From: Bacteriovoracaceae bacterium
GTDB taxonomy: Bacteria; Bdellovibrionota; Bacteriovoracia; Bacteriovoracales; Bacteriovoracaceae
DNA: 64,000 nucleotides
Assembly (NCBI GenBank): GCA_018649885.1
Contig: JABIHA010000108.1
Span: 1-64,000 of the forward strand
Reading direction: 5' to 3'
Shown in pieces: positions 1 through 9,501 of the stretch. The position numbers and the translations under genes were made by a program. Numbering within the stretch: position 1 is the stretch's first letter; each line of letters begins with the position of its first letter. The notes beneath the pieces were generated by a model that did no database searches, was not told the origin of the DNA, and was given only the letters and a program-made list of their open reading frames with translations.

Positions 1-312
1 AAACCAACCCTGACTACAAGAAAGAGATCTTGCCTTTGCTTTTGCTGCCCCTGAGCCTTGGCAATAAACTGAACCATAACCAAACTTACTATTTCTTTTG
101 GTTATACTTCCTTTCATTCTAAAGACACCTTCACACCGAAGACGATTTCCTTTTGCACCAGCGACAAACATTCCTTTAGAGCTTTTAATACTCTGATAAA
201 TAGCTCTTTCTTCAACCTTTATAATTGCATCAGCAATAATCAATTCAAGAAAGGCATGACTTTTTAGTGGTACTAAAACCCCTAAAAATATAACAAGTAG
301 TGCACGAAACAT
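1..312 (-). CDS. Secreted hypothetical protein, truncated by window edge
   Basis: Manual translation from ATG at 312 gives MFRALLVIFLGVLVPLKSHAFLELIIADAIIKVEERAIYQ..., open to position 1. It has a GGGGGAG Shine-Dalgarno and a signal-peptide-like N-terminus. Not in the ORF track. Confidence 0.75.
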   Translation of the reverse strand, partial: MFRALLVIFLGVLVPLKSHAFLELIIADAIIKVEERAIYQSIKSSKGMFVAGAKGNRLRCEGVFRMKGSITKRNSKFGYGSVYCQGSGAAKAKARSLSCSQGWF

Positions 313-361
313 TTTCTCTCCCCCTAGTTTGAGCAAATATTATTTACTAAATTCTCCCATA

Positions 362-388
362 CTTTCGGAATATTTTTTCAGCATTTTA
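362..388 (-). promoter_or_regulatory. Candidate sigma28 (FliA) promoter
   Basis: Minus strand TAAA-N15-TCCGAAAG versus consensus TAAA-N15-GCCGATAA, about 50 nt upstream of the ATG at 312. Confidence 0.45.
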
Positions 389-524
389 GTACTGAATGAT
401 ACTATATGACTTCAGCGCTTATAATTTCCGAGAGATAAAAGAATATATTAATATAAATAAATAAAGATCATTTAGATTAAATAAAATTGAGTGTTGACAC
501 AAAACTTAGTCAAAACGAAGTAGC

Positions 525-1604
525 TTATTCGACTTTAAAGTCTTTAAGTAAACTGCCCATATTTGTTTTTATGGGTTTATTTCCCGCAGGCTTTGTCTTC
601 ACTTTTGGTGGCTCACTACTTTCTGTAACATATTCACTATATTTTGGTAGATCGGGTTTATAGATAATGCGATCTAAATGTCTGATGTAATTAGACCAGT
701 TGCCGTCTAGTGTATCATTTTGTTTGATCGTTTCTATGGTGTTCATTTTAGAATCCATCAAATCAATCAGAGAAACTAAAAAAGCTTCAGAGGTTTGAGG
801 AATTTTTGGTGAACCATATTCAAATTCACCGTGGTGAGAGATGACAATGTGTTTGAGATGCATTTTTGTATCTCTGGGAAAGTTCTCTATTTTTACAGCA
901 AACCTTTCAACCAACTCTACTGCCCCAACAAGATGGCCTACCATTTTTCCTTCGTCCGTGTATTCAACACTAACCCCGGAGGTGAGCTCAAAAACTTTGC
1001 AAAGATCGTGGATAATGGCGCCGGCAACGACGAAGTTTTTATTAACTTGGTAATGAGCTGAAAGTGACTCGGCCAGTGTAGCGCAACTTAGGATGTGCTC
1101 AAGCAGTCCCGATTGGTAGGCGTGGTGAATAGTTTTACCGGCTGACCAAAAGTGAAGTCTTTCTTTTATAGTGGAGTCATTTAAAATGAGGCCCAAAAGA
1201 TCTTTGATATAGACATCGTCGAGCCTTTCAACAATGGCCAGGAGGTCCCCGTACATTTTTTCAGGGTCAAACTCAGATTTTATGGTGAAATCTGATAAAT
1301 CCACGCTTTCTTCGGCGAGCCTTTCAATTTTTGAAATTACAAATTGTTTGCGATTTTGGTAGAGATTGATCTTACCGGCTGCCTGGACAAAATCTCCACG
1401 GCTAATGTGAGAGGCGACTTTGGAGGCATTGGCCCACATTCTGGTTTCGATATCCCCTGTTGCATCAGATAAAATGAGATTGAGATAACTCTTCCCATCC
1501 CTGCCTTGGGCCAAATTGATATATTTGACGGCGAAAATTGAGTTAACATCGTCTTTGGGGGCTAGATTTTTTACAAACTGAGTTTTCTTTGAATTCATAG
1601 CCAC
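525..1604 (-). CDS. yhaM: 3'-5' exoribonuclease YhaM family (OB-fold + HD domain)
   Basis: N-terminal OB fold (YLNLILSDATGDIETRMW), HHAYQSGLLEH, IIHDLCK and SHHGEFEYGSP motifs typical of YhaM/CBF1. Confidence 0.88.
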   Translation of the reverse strand: MAMNSKKTQFVKNLAPKDDVNSIFAVKYINLAQGRDGKSYLNLILSDATGDIETRMWANASKVASHISRGDFVQAAGKINLYQNRKQFVISKIERLAEESVDLSDFTIKSEFDPEKMYGDLLAIVERLDDVYIKDLLGLILNDSTIKERLHFWSAGKTIHHAYQSGLLEHILSCATLAESLSAHYQVNKNFVVAGAIIHDLCKVFELTSGVSVEYTDEGKMVGHLVGAVELVERFAVKIENFPRDTKMHLKHIVISHHGEFEYGSPKIPQTSEAFLVSLIDLMDSKMNTIETIKQNDTLDGNWSNYIRHLDRIIYKPDLPKYSEYVTESSEPPKVKTKPAGNKPIKTNMGSLLKDFKVE

Positions 1605-1745
1605 CTATAGTGCCAGGCAACCCTGGTTTGGACAAGATGAAATGTGGCGCTTTTCAGCTTAATATGGCATAGTTGGCCAAATCAGATTAGTTAATAGTGC
1701 GGAGCGTTCAATAGGCTCCCGATTTTTCGTCAAAAAGGGTTTAAG

Positions 1746-2756
1746 ATGGCCAAGTTTAAGGTAGCAATTAATGGGATGGGTCGAATTGGTAGAACTATCC
1801 TAAGAGAGTGGATTAACAGAGAAATCGACGAGTTTGATATCGTTGCAGTTAACAACCCTGGCAAAATGAAATCCCATGCCCATCTAGTAAAATACGATTC
1901 AGTTCACGGAGTTTTTAAAGGTGAGGTTAGACTTGATGATGACATCCTTACTGTTAAAGGTAGAAAAGTTAAATTTTACAAAATTAAAAAACCTGACGAA
2001 ATTCCTTGGAGTGACCAAGAAGTAGATATTGTGATCGATGGTACTGGAGTTTTTAAGGACCAAGAAAAACTCTCAGGTCACCTCGGTGGCACTGTTAAAA
2101 AAGTTATTATGTGCGCTCCTGGTAAAGATCTTGATGCCACATTTGTGATGGGAATTAACAATCAAGAATATAAGCCGGGTGAGCACCACATTGTATCTAA
2201 CGCAAGTTGTACAACTAATTGTCTAGCTCCAGTGGCAAAAGTTCTTCACGAAAAATTTGGTATTGAAAGTGGGCTGATGACAACAATTCACGCCTATACA
2301 GGGGATCAAAATATCCTCGATGCCTCACACAGAGACTATAGAAGAGGAAGAGCTGCTGCTCTTTCTATGATTCCTACAACTACAGGAGCTGCAAAGGCCC
2401 TGGGACTCGTAATCCCTGAGCTTCTAGGAAAAATGGATGGCTACGCGGTTAGAGTTCCAACTGCTGATGTTTCCATGGTTGATTTAACAGTTTGCCTGGA
2501 AAAAGAAGCAACCGTTGAGGAAATCAATGATGCCATGATGGAATACTCAAAAGAACAACTTAAAGGGGTTCTTGGCTACAACGATCTTCCACTTGTTAGT
2601 ATCGATTTTACAGGAACAAGAGAGTCCTCAATTTTTGATGCCGGCATGACAAATGTCCTAGGGAAAACGGCCAAGATTGTTGCCTGGTATGACAATGAAG
2701 TAGGTTTTTCAAATAGAGTTTTAGATCTAGCAGCTTATATGGGAGCAAGATTGTAA
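1746..2756 (+). CDS. gap: Glyceraldehyde-3-phosphate dehydrogenase, type I
   Basis: INGMGRIGR, catalytic ASCTTNC and WYDNE motifs. Confidence 0.98.
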   Translation: MAKFKVAINGMGRIGRTILREWINREIDEFDIVAVNNPGKMKSHAHLVKYDSVHGVFKGEVRLDDDILTVKGRKVKFYKIKKPDEIPWSDQEVDIVIDGTGVFKDQEKLSGHLGGTVKKVIMCAPGKDLDATFVMGINNQEYKPGEHHIVSNASCTTNCLAPVAKVLHEKFGIESGLMTTIHAYTGDQNILDASHRDYRRGRAAALSMIPTTTGAAKALGLVIPELLGKMDGYAVRVPTADVSMVDLTVCLEKEATVEEINDAMMEYSKEQLKGVLGYNDLPLVSIDFTGTRESSIFDAGMTNVLGKTAKIVAWYDNEVGFSNRVLDLAAYMGARL

Positions 2757-3962
2757 ATGGCATTAAAAACAATCGAACAAGCAGACTTTAAAGACAAAAG
2801 GGTTTTGGCCCGCTTTGATTTTAATGTTCCGCTAACAAAAGAGACTGACGATAGTGGGGCCCGCGTGATCACGGATAGCACCAGAATTGATTTGGCCTTA
2901 CCCTCAATTAAATACATTCTTGAAAGTGGCGCCAGAAAAATTATTCTGTGTTCACACCTGGGAAGACCCAAAGGCAAAATCAATAAGAAGTTTTCTCTTG
3001 AGCCAGTGGCAAGATACCTGGCTGTTGCGCTCGGTATGGAAGTGATTCTGACTGAAACGGCAATTGATGACAATGTAGATACTCTTTTAGGACTTCCGGA
3101 TACAAAAATCGTACTTTTGGAAAATTTGCGTTTTCACGAAGATGAAGAAAAAAATGGAGCAGACTTTGCAGCAAAGCTTGCAAGCTACGCCGATATATAC
3201 GTCAACGACGCCTTTGGAGCCGCTCACAGAAAGCATGCCTCCACTTATGGCATCAATACTCATTTTAAAAACAAGGCCTACGCTGGATTTTTATTTGCCA
3301 AAGAAGTCAGCGAAATTTCTAAGCTTATGGGAAGACCAGAAAAACCTTTTATGGCCATCATCGGTGGTGCAAAGGTTTCTGATAAAATTAAAACCATTGA
3401 AAAACTCATGGTATGTGTGGATAAAATTTTTATTGGCGGAGCCATGGCCTATCCCTTCTTAAAAGCAAAGGGCTTTGAAGTAGGAAAATCTCTTTGCGGA
3501 GATGAAGATGTGGCGCTAGCGAAGAGGATACTCTCCCAAGATAAGGGAAAAAAAATCACCCTTCCTGTTGATCATATTGTCAGTACCGATTTTGAGGGGG
3601 ATCCCTCCACTACGGCCGGCACTGACATTGACGAAAATATGATGGGACTCGACATTGGTCCCGCTACTATGAATCAGTACCGCGAACAATTATTAACTGC
3701 CAAAACTATATTTTGGAATGGTCCCATGGGGATATTTGAAAATGAGAAATATGCTAAGGGAACTTTCACCATTGCCCAGACATTGTCTGAGAGCACTGCC
3801 TTCACAGTAGTGGGTGGAGGAGACTCGGTTTCGGCCTTAAAGAAATCGGGCTTAAGTGATAAAATTTCCCATGTTTCCACTGGTGGTGGTGCCAGCCTTG
3901 AATATATTGAATCCGGAGATTTACCAGGGCTTTTCGCCCTCAAATTTGGAGTAAAATCATGA
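2757..3962 (+). CDS. pgk: Phosphoglycerate kinase
   Basis: RFDFNVP, SHLGRP, NDAFGAAHR and STGGGASLE motifs. Confidence 0.98.
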   Translation: MALKTIEQADFKDKRVLARFDFNVPLTKETDDSGARVITDSTRIDLALPSIKYILESGARKIILCSHLGRPKGKINKKFSLEPVARYLAVALGMEVILTETAIDDNVDTLLGLPDTKIVLLENLRFHEDEEKNGADFAAKLASYADIYVNDAFGAAHRKHASTYGINTHFKNKAYAGFLFAKEVSEISKLMGRPEKPFMAIIGGAKVSDKIKTIEKLMVCVDKIFIGGAMAYPFLKAKGFEVGKSLCGDEDVALAKRILSQDKGKKITLPVDHIVSTDFEGDPSTTAGTDIDENMMGLDIGPATMNQYREQLLTAKTIFWNGPMGIFENEKYAKGTFTIAQTLSESTAFTVVGGGDSVSALKKSGLSDKISHVSTGGGASLEYIESGDLPGLFALKFGVKS

Positions 3963-4705
3963 GCACAAAACGCTATATTGTCGGCAACTGGAAAATGAAT
4001 CACAGCTTAAAAGAGCTAGATGCTTTTTGGTCACAATTAAAGTCGACTGACTTCACCAAATTTGAATCAAATGCCTGGATCGCCCCTCAAGGCATTCATC
4101 TCAGCAAATGTCTGGAAATGGCAGGTAGTGGCATAAAGCTTGGTGCACAAAACTGCCACCACAAGCTTAGTGGCGCTTTTACCGGTGAAGCATCTCCTTC
4201 GGCACTTAAAGATATGGGCGCAGAGTTCGTCATCATTGGTCACTCAGAAAGAAGGGCCATATTTAATGAATCCCACGAAGAATTAAACCTCAAAGTAAAA
4301 ACGGCCCTAGAGCTTGGCCTTAAAGTCATATTCTGTGTCGGTGAAACACTGCAAGAAAGAAATGAAGGCAGAGTCTTTGCCGTCAACCAAAATCAAATCC
4401 ACCAAGGCCTTAAAGGAATTGATCCCAGTAAACTTGGCTCCCTTCTCGTTGCCTACGAGCCAGTTTGGGCGATTGGAACGGGCGTCACAGCGAGTCCAGA
4501 GCAAGCTGAAGAAGTTCACCATTTTCTTAGAGAGCTTCTAGGTAAGTTTCTAGGCCGTAACTCTATTCCCCTTCTCTACGGCGGCAGCGTAAAGCCAGCT
4601 AATATCAAGGACTTACTTAGTAAGCCTAATATTGACGGTGGACTTGTGGGCGGAGCGAGCCTCAAAGCCTCCGACTTTTTAAAGTTGGTTGAAGCGGCGG
4701 GCTAA
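3959..4705 (+). CDS. tpiA: Triosephosphate isomerase
   Basis: GNWKMN, GHSERR, AYEPVWAIGTG and LYGGSV motifs. Confidence 0.98.
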   Translation: MSTKRYIVGNWKMNHSLKELDAFWSQLKSTDFTKFESNAWIAPQGIHLSKCLEMAGSGIKLGAQNCHHKLSGAFTGEASPSALKDMGAEFVIIGHSERRAIFNESHEELNLKVKTALELGLKVIFCVGETLQERNEGRVFAVNQNQIHQGLKGIDPSKLGSLLVAYEPVWAIGTGVTASPEQAEEVHHFLRELLGKFLGRNSIPLLYGGSVKPANIKDLLSKPNIDGGLVGGASLKASDFLKLVEAAG

Positions 4706-4717
4706 TTTTGCCATAAT
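4689..4717 (+). promoter_or_regulatory. Candidate sigma70 promoter for secG
   Basis: TTGAAG-N17-CATAAT with an extended -10 TG. Confidence 0.4.
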
Positions 4718-4774
4718 AGGTAATCTTTTGTACGGTTACCGGGTTTTTAAAAATTATATATTTAAAGGTTATCC

Positions 4775-5146
4775 ATGATTACTGCACTTACTATTTTTCA
4801 CGCTATTTTATCCGTTCTTTTAATTGTGCTCGTTTTACTACAATTTGGTAAAGGTGCAGAGTTAGGTGCAACGATGGGTGGTGGTGGTGGCGCTTCTCAA
4901 AATGTTTTCTCTAGCTCTCAGCAGGGAAATATTTTTTCTAAGGCCACAACAGGACTTGCTGCTCTTTTTCTAATTAATTCAGTTCTACTGTCTGTAATGA
5001 TCGCAAAAGAATCAAAGAATTCGATCTTTGATGGTGAAGCACCGGTATCAGCACCTCTTAACAGAGATGCAGAGAAAGCTGCTGCAAAAGCAAAAGAGCC
5101 AGCTACAAAGCCAGAAGCAGCAAAAGAAACAGAAACTACAAAGTAA
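4775..5146 (+). CDS. secG: Preprotein translocase subunit SecG
   Basis: Two TM helices, VLLQxGKGAxLG motif, canonical position after tpiA. Confidence 0.95.
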   Translation: MITALTIFHAILSVLLIVLVLLQFGKGAELGATMGGGGGASQNVFSSSQQGNIFSKATTGLAALFLINSVLLSVMIAKESKNSIFDGEAPVSAPLNRDAEKAAAKAKEPATKPEAAKETETTK

Positions 5147-5160
5147 ATTTTACCATTACC

Positions 5161-5190
5161 AGGGCCCGCTCAATGTGGGCCTTTTTTTTT
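5161..5190 (+). terminator. Rho-independent terminator after secG
   Basis: GGGCCCGC-tcaat-GTGGGCCT stem followed by a T-run. Confidence 0.85.
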
Positions 5191-5203
5191 AAGGAGTTTA
5201 GCT

Positions 5204-6346
5204 TTGAGAGACACATCTTCTAAGCTCATCGAAAAAGAATTCGCCCACCTCGATACCTTATACTTTAATAGCGCCTATTTTGGACCATCTCCCTATCGTG
5301 CTAAACAAAAAGTGGCCAACGCCCTTTTTAAAGAACTAGATCCTTCCTTTTTTCCTTACAACACATGGATGGGATTTGCCGATCGAACTAGGGCGAATAT
5401 TGCAAACCTACTTCAAGTGGATATGGCAGATATCACCCACTCCACTTCTTCATCAGATGTGCTGACTCTTATCTCACTAGGTTTCCCCTTTAAAAAAGGT
5501 GACGTTGTCACTGCTGTTGATGGTGACTACCCCAGCAATATCCTCACTTGGATGCTCGCTGAAGAAAGAGGAAGATGTAAATTTCAACTTCTCCCAAAGT
5601 CTCTACATATCGATGCGAAGTCCATTGAAGAAAAGCTAGATAAAAACTGCAAAATATTTTCTATTTCCCATGTTGCTTTTGATACAGGAAGAAGATGTGA
5701 TCTTATGGCCATTGGCAAAATGTTAAAAAGCCGAGGGATATTATTTGTAGTTGATGCTACCCAGTCACTAGGTGGACTCAGAATTTCAAAAGAAGAACTT
5801 GAATATATAGATGTTCTAGCTTGCTCTTCATATAAATGGCTTCTAGGGCCATACGGTCACGCCTTCGGCTACTTTTCAAAAGCGGCTCAAGAGATTATTG
5901 AGTACAACAATGCCAATTGGGTAAAAAGCCCAAACTCAAAAGACTCTGGAGATCTTCTCAACTACTCTACGAAAACAGTGAGAGGGGCAAGAAAATACGA
6001 CAGAGGTGAGCCTGCCAATATGTTAGTCAATGCCTGCCTTGATGCATCTCTAGAGTTTTTGCAATCAGTGGGTCTTGAAGAAATAGAAAATCACAACAGA
6101 GAAGTAAGGGATCATTTTCTCCAAAACTACCCTAAGAAAAAATATCAATTAATTACTCCAACTGAAGGTATGGGAAATATCATCAGTATTAAAAGTAAGG
6201 GCCAAATTGATGTGGAAGCACTCGAGCGCGAGCTGAAATACCACAATATCGACGTCTCTGTGAGAGAAGGAAAACTCAGGCTTTCTTTTCATTTGTTTAA
6301 TAATATTGAACAAGTTGAAACCCTGATAAGGGCGATGGATCTTTAA
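5204..6346 (+). CDS. Class V PLP-dependent aminotransferase (cysteine desulfurase/lyase-like)
   Basis: YFNSAYFGP, VVDATQSLG, SSYKWLLGPYG (PLP lysine) and LRLSFHLFN. TTG start with GGAG SD. Confidence 0.88.
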   Translation: MRDTSSKLIEKEFAHLDTLYFNSAYFGPSPYRAKQKVANALFKELDPSFFPYNTWMGFADRTRANIANLLQVDMADITHSTSSSDVLTLISLGFPFKKGDVVTAVDGDYPSNILTWMLAEERGRCKFQLLPKSLHIDAKSIEEKLDKNCKIFSISHVAFDTGRRCDLMAIGKMLKSRGILFVVDATQSLGGLRISKEELEYIDVLACSSYKWLLGPYGHAFGYFSKAAQEIIEYNNANWVKSPNSKDSGDLLNYSTKTVRGARKYDRGEPANMLVNACLDASLEFLQSVGLEEIENHNREVRDHFLQNYPKKKYQLITPTEGMGNIISIKSKGQIDVEALERELKYHNIDVSVREGKLRLSFHLFNNIEQVETLIRAMDL

Positions 6347-7482
6347 GCGCTTTTTTTCTTCTTAGTTGATTTTTTCTTCTTTTTATTTTCTTCAAGTAAT
6401 TTGATTCTCCCAAAATCTTTGGATTCAGATAATGGCAGGCTTTTGTGGGGCTGACAGGGATCAAAATCTTCAGGAAGAGACACATTGGGAAGATCCCCCC
6501 TATCCTTGAGTCCATGAACATGCTTTACAAAAATATCAAATAATGTGGGGTCAACTTTTTTGCCTTTGGCATTGGCCATAATAGAGAGGGCCTCTTCAGT
6601 AGAAACGACCTCGTGATAAGAGCGCTTTGTTGTAATGGCATCAAAGAAATCAGCAATGGCCGTGATTCTGGCCAGAAGATGAATTTCATCTCCCTGAAGT
6701 TTGCTAGGATAGCCAGTGCCATTGAAATTTTCATGATGTTCGAAAATAACCCTTCCTAAAACCTCTACATTTATTTCACCGTCACAACATGTACCCTCAT
6801 CGTGCAGAAGATCAAATCCGTACTTTGGGTGTTTTTTAATTTGGTCAAACTGATCGTCAGTTAACTGACCTGGGTTATTAATTATATCAGTTGGAATTTT
6901 GATTTTTCCAAGATCGTGTAGGAGACCTCCCATTCCAGCTTGAACAAGCTCCTTTCTTGTAGCATCCGGCTTATATGATTTATACAAGGACATGGAGTAC
7001 ATCCCTACATTCATTGAATGATCGTAAGTATAAAAATCGTGAAAACTTAACTCTCCAATAAGATTTTGTAATTTATCAACAGAGTAGTCTTCAAGAACAT
7101 CAACCATAGATTCAACGCTTTCCTTACAGCCATCAATTGCATCATTGAGAACCTCTGTAGAGAAGTCTTTATCTGGAGAAAAAAGAGTTTCAAGATGTTG
7201 GATCGCTGCATCTTTTATGACCTTAGCTTTCTCTACATCTTCAAAACTATCGCTCTTAGTAATACTCTTCATGAATGCAGATCTTTGGTCTTCAGGAATA
7301 TAGAGCTGCTGGTATTTGCCCTTAAGTTTAAATAGGTCTGATTTTGTTAAAATATCCCCTGTAGGAAAAATTCTCACAAATTTTTCATTTGTTGAGGCAG
7401 ATGAATTCACAAAGAGATCATAGGGAATAGGAACACCCGTCATTATCAATTTCAAATCAATTGTAAAGAAACTCTTTATCAT
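6343..7482 (-). CDS. HD-GYP domain protein (putative c-di-GMP phosphodiesterase)
   Basis: YTYDHS, LLHDLGK, HHENFNGTGYP and IADFFDA motifs. Probable start is the ATG at 7482 (track ORF extends to 7512). Confidence 0.92.
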   Translation of the reverse strand: MIKSFFTIDLKLIMTGVPIPYDLFVNSSASTNEKFVRIFPTGDILTKSDLFKLKGKYQQLYIPEDQRSAFMKSITKSDSFEDVEKAKVIKDAAIQHLETLFSPDKDFSTEVLNDAIDGCKESVESMVDVLEDYSVDKLQNLIGELSFHDFYTYDHSMNVGMYSMSLYKSYKPDATRKELVQAGMGGLLHDLGKIKIPTDIINNPGQLTDDQFDQIKKHPKYGFDLLHDEGTCCDGEINVEVLGRVIFEHHENFNGTGYPSKLQGDEIHLLARITAIADFFDAITTKRSYHEVVSTEEALSIMANAKGKKVDPTLFDIFVKHVHGLKDRGDLPNVSLPEDFDPCQPHKSLPLSESKDFGRIKLLEENKKKKKSTKKKKSA

Positions 7483-7515
7483 TATGAAGTCCCACACCCA
7501 TCTATACTGCATTCC

Positions 7516-7543
7516 TTTTCGTCAGTCATAGAAGGGTTCTTGA
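7516..7543 (-). promoter_or_regulatory. Candidate sigma28 (FliA) promoter of the HD-GYP gene
   Basis: Minus strand TCAAG-N15-GACGAAAA about 35 nt upstream of the ATG at 7482. Confidence 0.4.
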
Positions 7544-7655
7544 AACAATTGTGGAACTATTTTTTCTTAATTGGGCCTTGCTTTCAAGGACTTAGATTAA
7601 GTCCGACTAAAGCCATTGGGGAACTAAATAATATTGATTACAAAGGAAATTGTAG

Positions 7656-7949
7656 TTAATTGTATTCTAGTACTATTTGAGAGCAAGTTGCTTGCAATTT
7701 GCCTCCAATATAAACCCGGTAATTGAGGCTTTCATTTATTGTCACTGAGATAATTTTAGTGAGATATCCATAGTTGCCATATAATTGATTCGTACGAGCT
7801 CTAAGTGATCTATAGGCCAATGGACCTACACCGAATTGGCAGACAATAGATCTAAGCTCGGTACCTTCATATAGAACTTCTTCTGCTGGACAGTTTGCAA
7901 AGACAGATGATGAAGTCAGTAGTACTAATAAAACTAAGATCGTTTTCAT
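7656..7949 (-). CDS. Small secreted hypothetical protein
   Basis: Signal peptide MKTILVLLVLLTSSSVFA and AGGGA SD. Confidence 0.75.
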   Translation of the reverse strand: MKTILVLLVLLTSSSVFANCPAEEVLYEGTELRSIVCQFGVGPLAYRSLRARTNQLYGNYGYLTKIISVTINESLNYRVYIGGKLQATCSQIVLEYN

Positions 7950-8049
7950 ATTTTTATCCCTGTAGGTAAAAGAGAATTATAAAGGATCGAGGTAGAAACA
8001 AGTAGAGCTTTGAATTTATTACATGCAAAGTGGTGGCTGCTAAGTAGTG

Positions 8050-8076
8050 AAAAAAAGAGGGCCAATACTGGCCCTC
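8050..8076 (-). terminator. Rho-independent terminator downstream of small ORF 8131-8244
   Basis: Minus strand GAGGGCCA-gtat-TGGCCCTC followed by TTTTTTT. Confidence 0.85.
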
Positions 8077-8130
8077 AAACATATATATATAAACCCCGTA
8101 CTGTGTCTAGCAGTATTAATCAGTATCAAT

Positions 8131-8244
8131 TTAGTAACATCCACTGGTAGATGAATCACTTGTACAGTAGGCCCTATTATGTGCAACCTGAAGGCTACCA
8201 AAGATCAGACAGGTTCCTAAAATTTTTGCGATAGTTGATTCCAT
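8131..8244 (-). CDS. 37-aa small protein / putative secreted peptide precursor
   Basis: Translates as MESTIAKILGTCLIFGSLQVAHNRAYCTSDSSTSGCY*. SD-like GGGGTGA lies just upstream and a strong terminator about 55 nt downstream. Below the ORF-track cutoff. Confidence 0.6.
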   Translation of the reverse strand: MESTIAKILGTCLIFGSLQVAHNRAYCTSDSSTSGCY

Positions 8245-8493
8245 AATCACCCCACGTTCAGAAGTTTGTTATGGATTAATAATGAGTCAGGCCGGGATTT
8301 TGGGCCAATTTTTCGAATAATTGGATACTTATAAAATTCAGTAGTACCTACAAAATGTCGCAAATGGGCATATTAGTAGTCGTTTTATTTATAGAGCTCT
8401 CACTAACTGCCCGGTACCTGGTAAGAAAAAAGAAAATGAGTTTAGATAAAAGTCAAAGCATTTGTACTAACACAATAGTATCGAACACTTGGC

Positions 8494-9306
8494 TTAATCA
8501 TCCATTTGATTTTTGAGTTTTATATCAAATTTTCCCACTTTAGCTTCTTCCCACTTATGAAGATCTCTTTCAGCTTTAAATGAAAGCCCAGATTGTACAA
8601 GCCTGGCATCCAAACCTTTGTGGTGTTTTGCTAGTTGAAGATCAACAATCAACTTATTTCTCTTTTTCTCTTTTCGTAAAGAGCGAAGAACTAAGTCCTT
8701 TCTTTGTAATTCTAAATGGCGTTTTTCATTTTCATCGTGGGAAAGGGTAAGGTCATTAAAGTAAATCTGTGTAGTGACCTCTTTATAACCAGTTTTCGAA
8801 ATCTTAAAATGAATATGGGGTGGTCTCCACCAACTTTTAATAACTCCTGAAGGATAAGCTGGAGGAAGAATAGTTTTGAAAGCATACCTGCCGTGCTTAT
8901 CTGTCTTGGCTACACCGTAGTACTGAAACTTGGGGTCTCTTGGCCCTAAGTCATAGGCCTTATCTCCAGGGTGTTGATAGCGCCCAAAATGACAGGCTTG
9001 CCACACTTCGACCCTTGCACCGGCCACAATTTTTCCAAGATGATCTCTCACCTCACCAATAAGATAGACTTTATTTCCGTCAGCTTCAGCGACCAGGCCT
9101 TTAATCATAGTGAGGTCATTATTAAAGTCATCGTTGTACATATTATTTCTGTAGCCCTTAGGCGGATAGTAAGGACCCTCTATTTGCTTAGGAGTTGTGT
9201 CTTTTGAAAATGCATTGGGAATTAAAAGCTTGGCTGAAGCTGCACCTGTGGCCAAAACTGCCAGTGATTTTCTCAAAAATCCTCGTCTGTTACTATCTGT
9301 ATCCAT
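8494..9306 (-). CDS. Intradiol ring-cleavage dioxygenase family protein with Tat signal
   Basis: EGPYY, VEVWQAxxxGRY, KTILPPAYP and RPPHIHF (Fe ligands Y/Y/H/H). N-terminal NRRGFLRK twin-arginine motif. ATG at 9306 follows GGAGG. Confidence 0.9.
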   Translation of the reverse strand: MDTDSNRRGFLRKSLAVLATGAASAKLLIPNAFSKDTTPKQIEGPYYPPKGYRNNMYNDDFNNDLTMIKGLVAEADGNKVYLIGEVRDHLGKIVAGARVEVWQACHFGRYQHPGDKAYDLGPRDPKFQYYGVAKTDKHGRYAFKTILPPAYPSGVIKSWWRPPHIHFKISKTGYKEVTTQIYFNDLTLSHDENEKRHLELQRKDLVLRSLRKEKKRNKLIVDLQLAKHHKGLDARLVQSGLSFKAERDLHKWEEAKVGKFDIKLKNQMDD

Positions 9307-9501
9307 CCTATCCTCCAAATGACTATGCTAAATTCTGCTTTGTAAGCTGACCTAGATCAACTTACATCTCATGACTTAAGTATCTCTTAATCTTTCCAGC
9401 TAAATAGGAGTTTGGTAAAGCATAGCGCCGAGATAGAGCTCAACTTTTCATCTCCCTACCCGGAAGATACAATCCCAGCACAAATCATACGGGAGAGATT
9501 T

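Noticed and set aside
5147..5203. Expected tRNA-Leu after secG
   Set aside because: Only a terminator is present, with no cloverleaf or T-loop motif.
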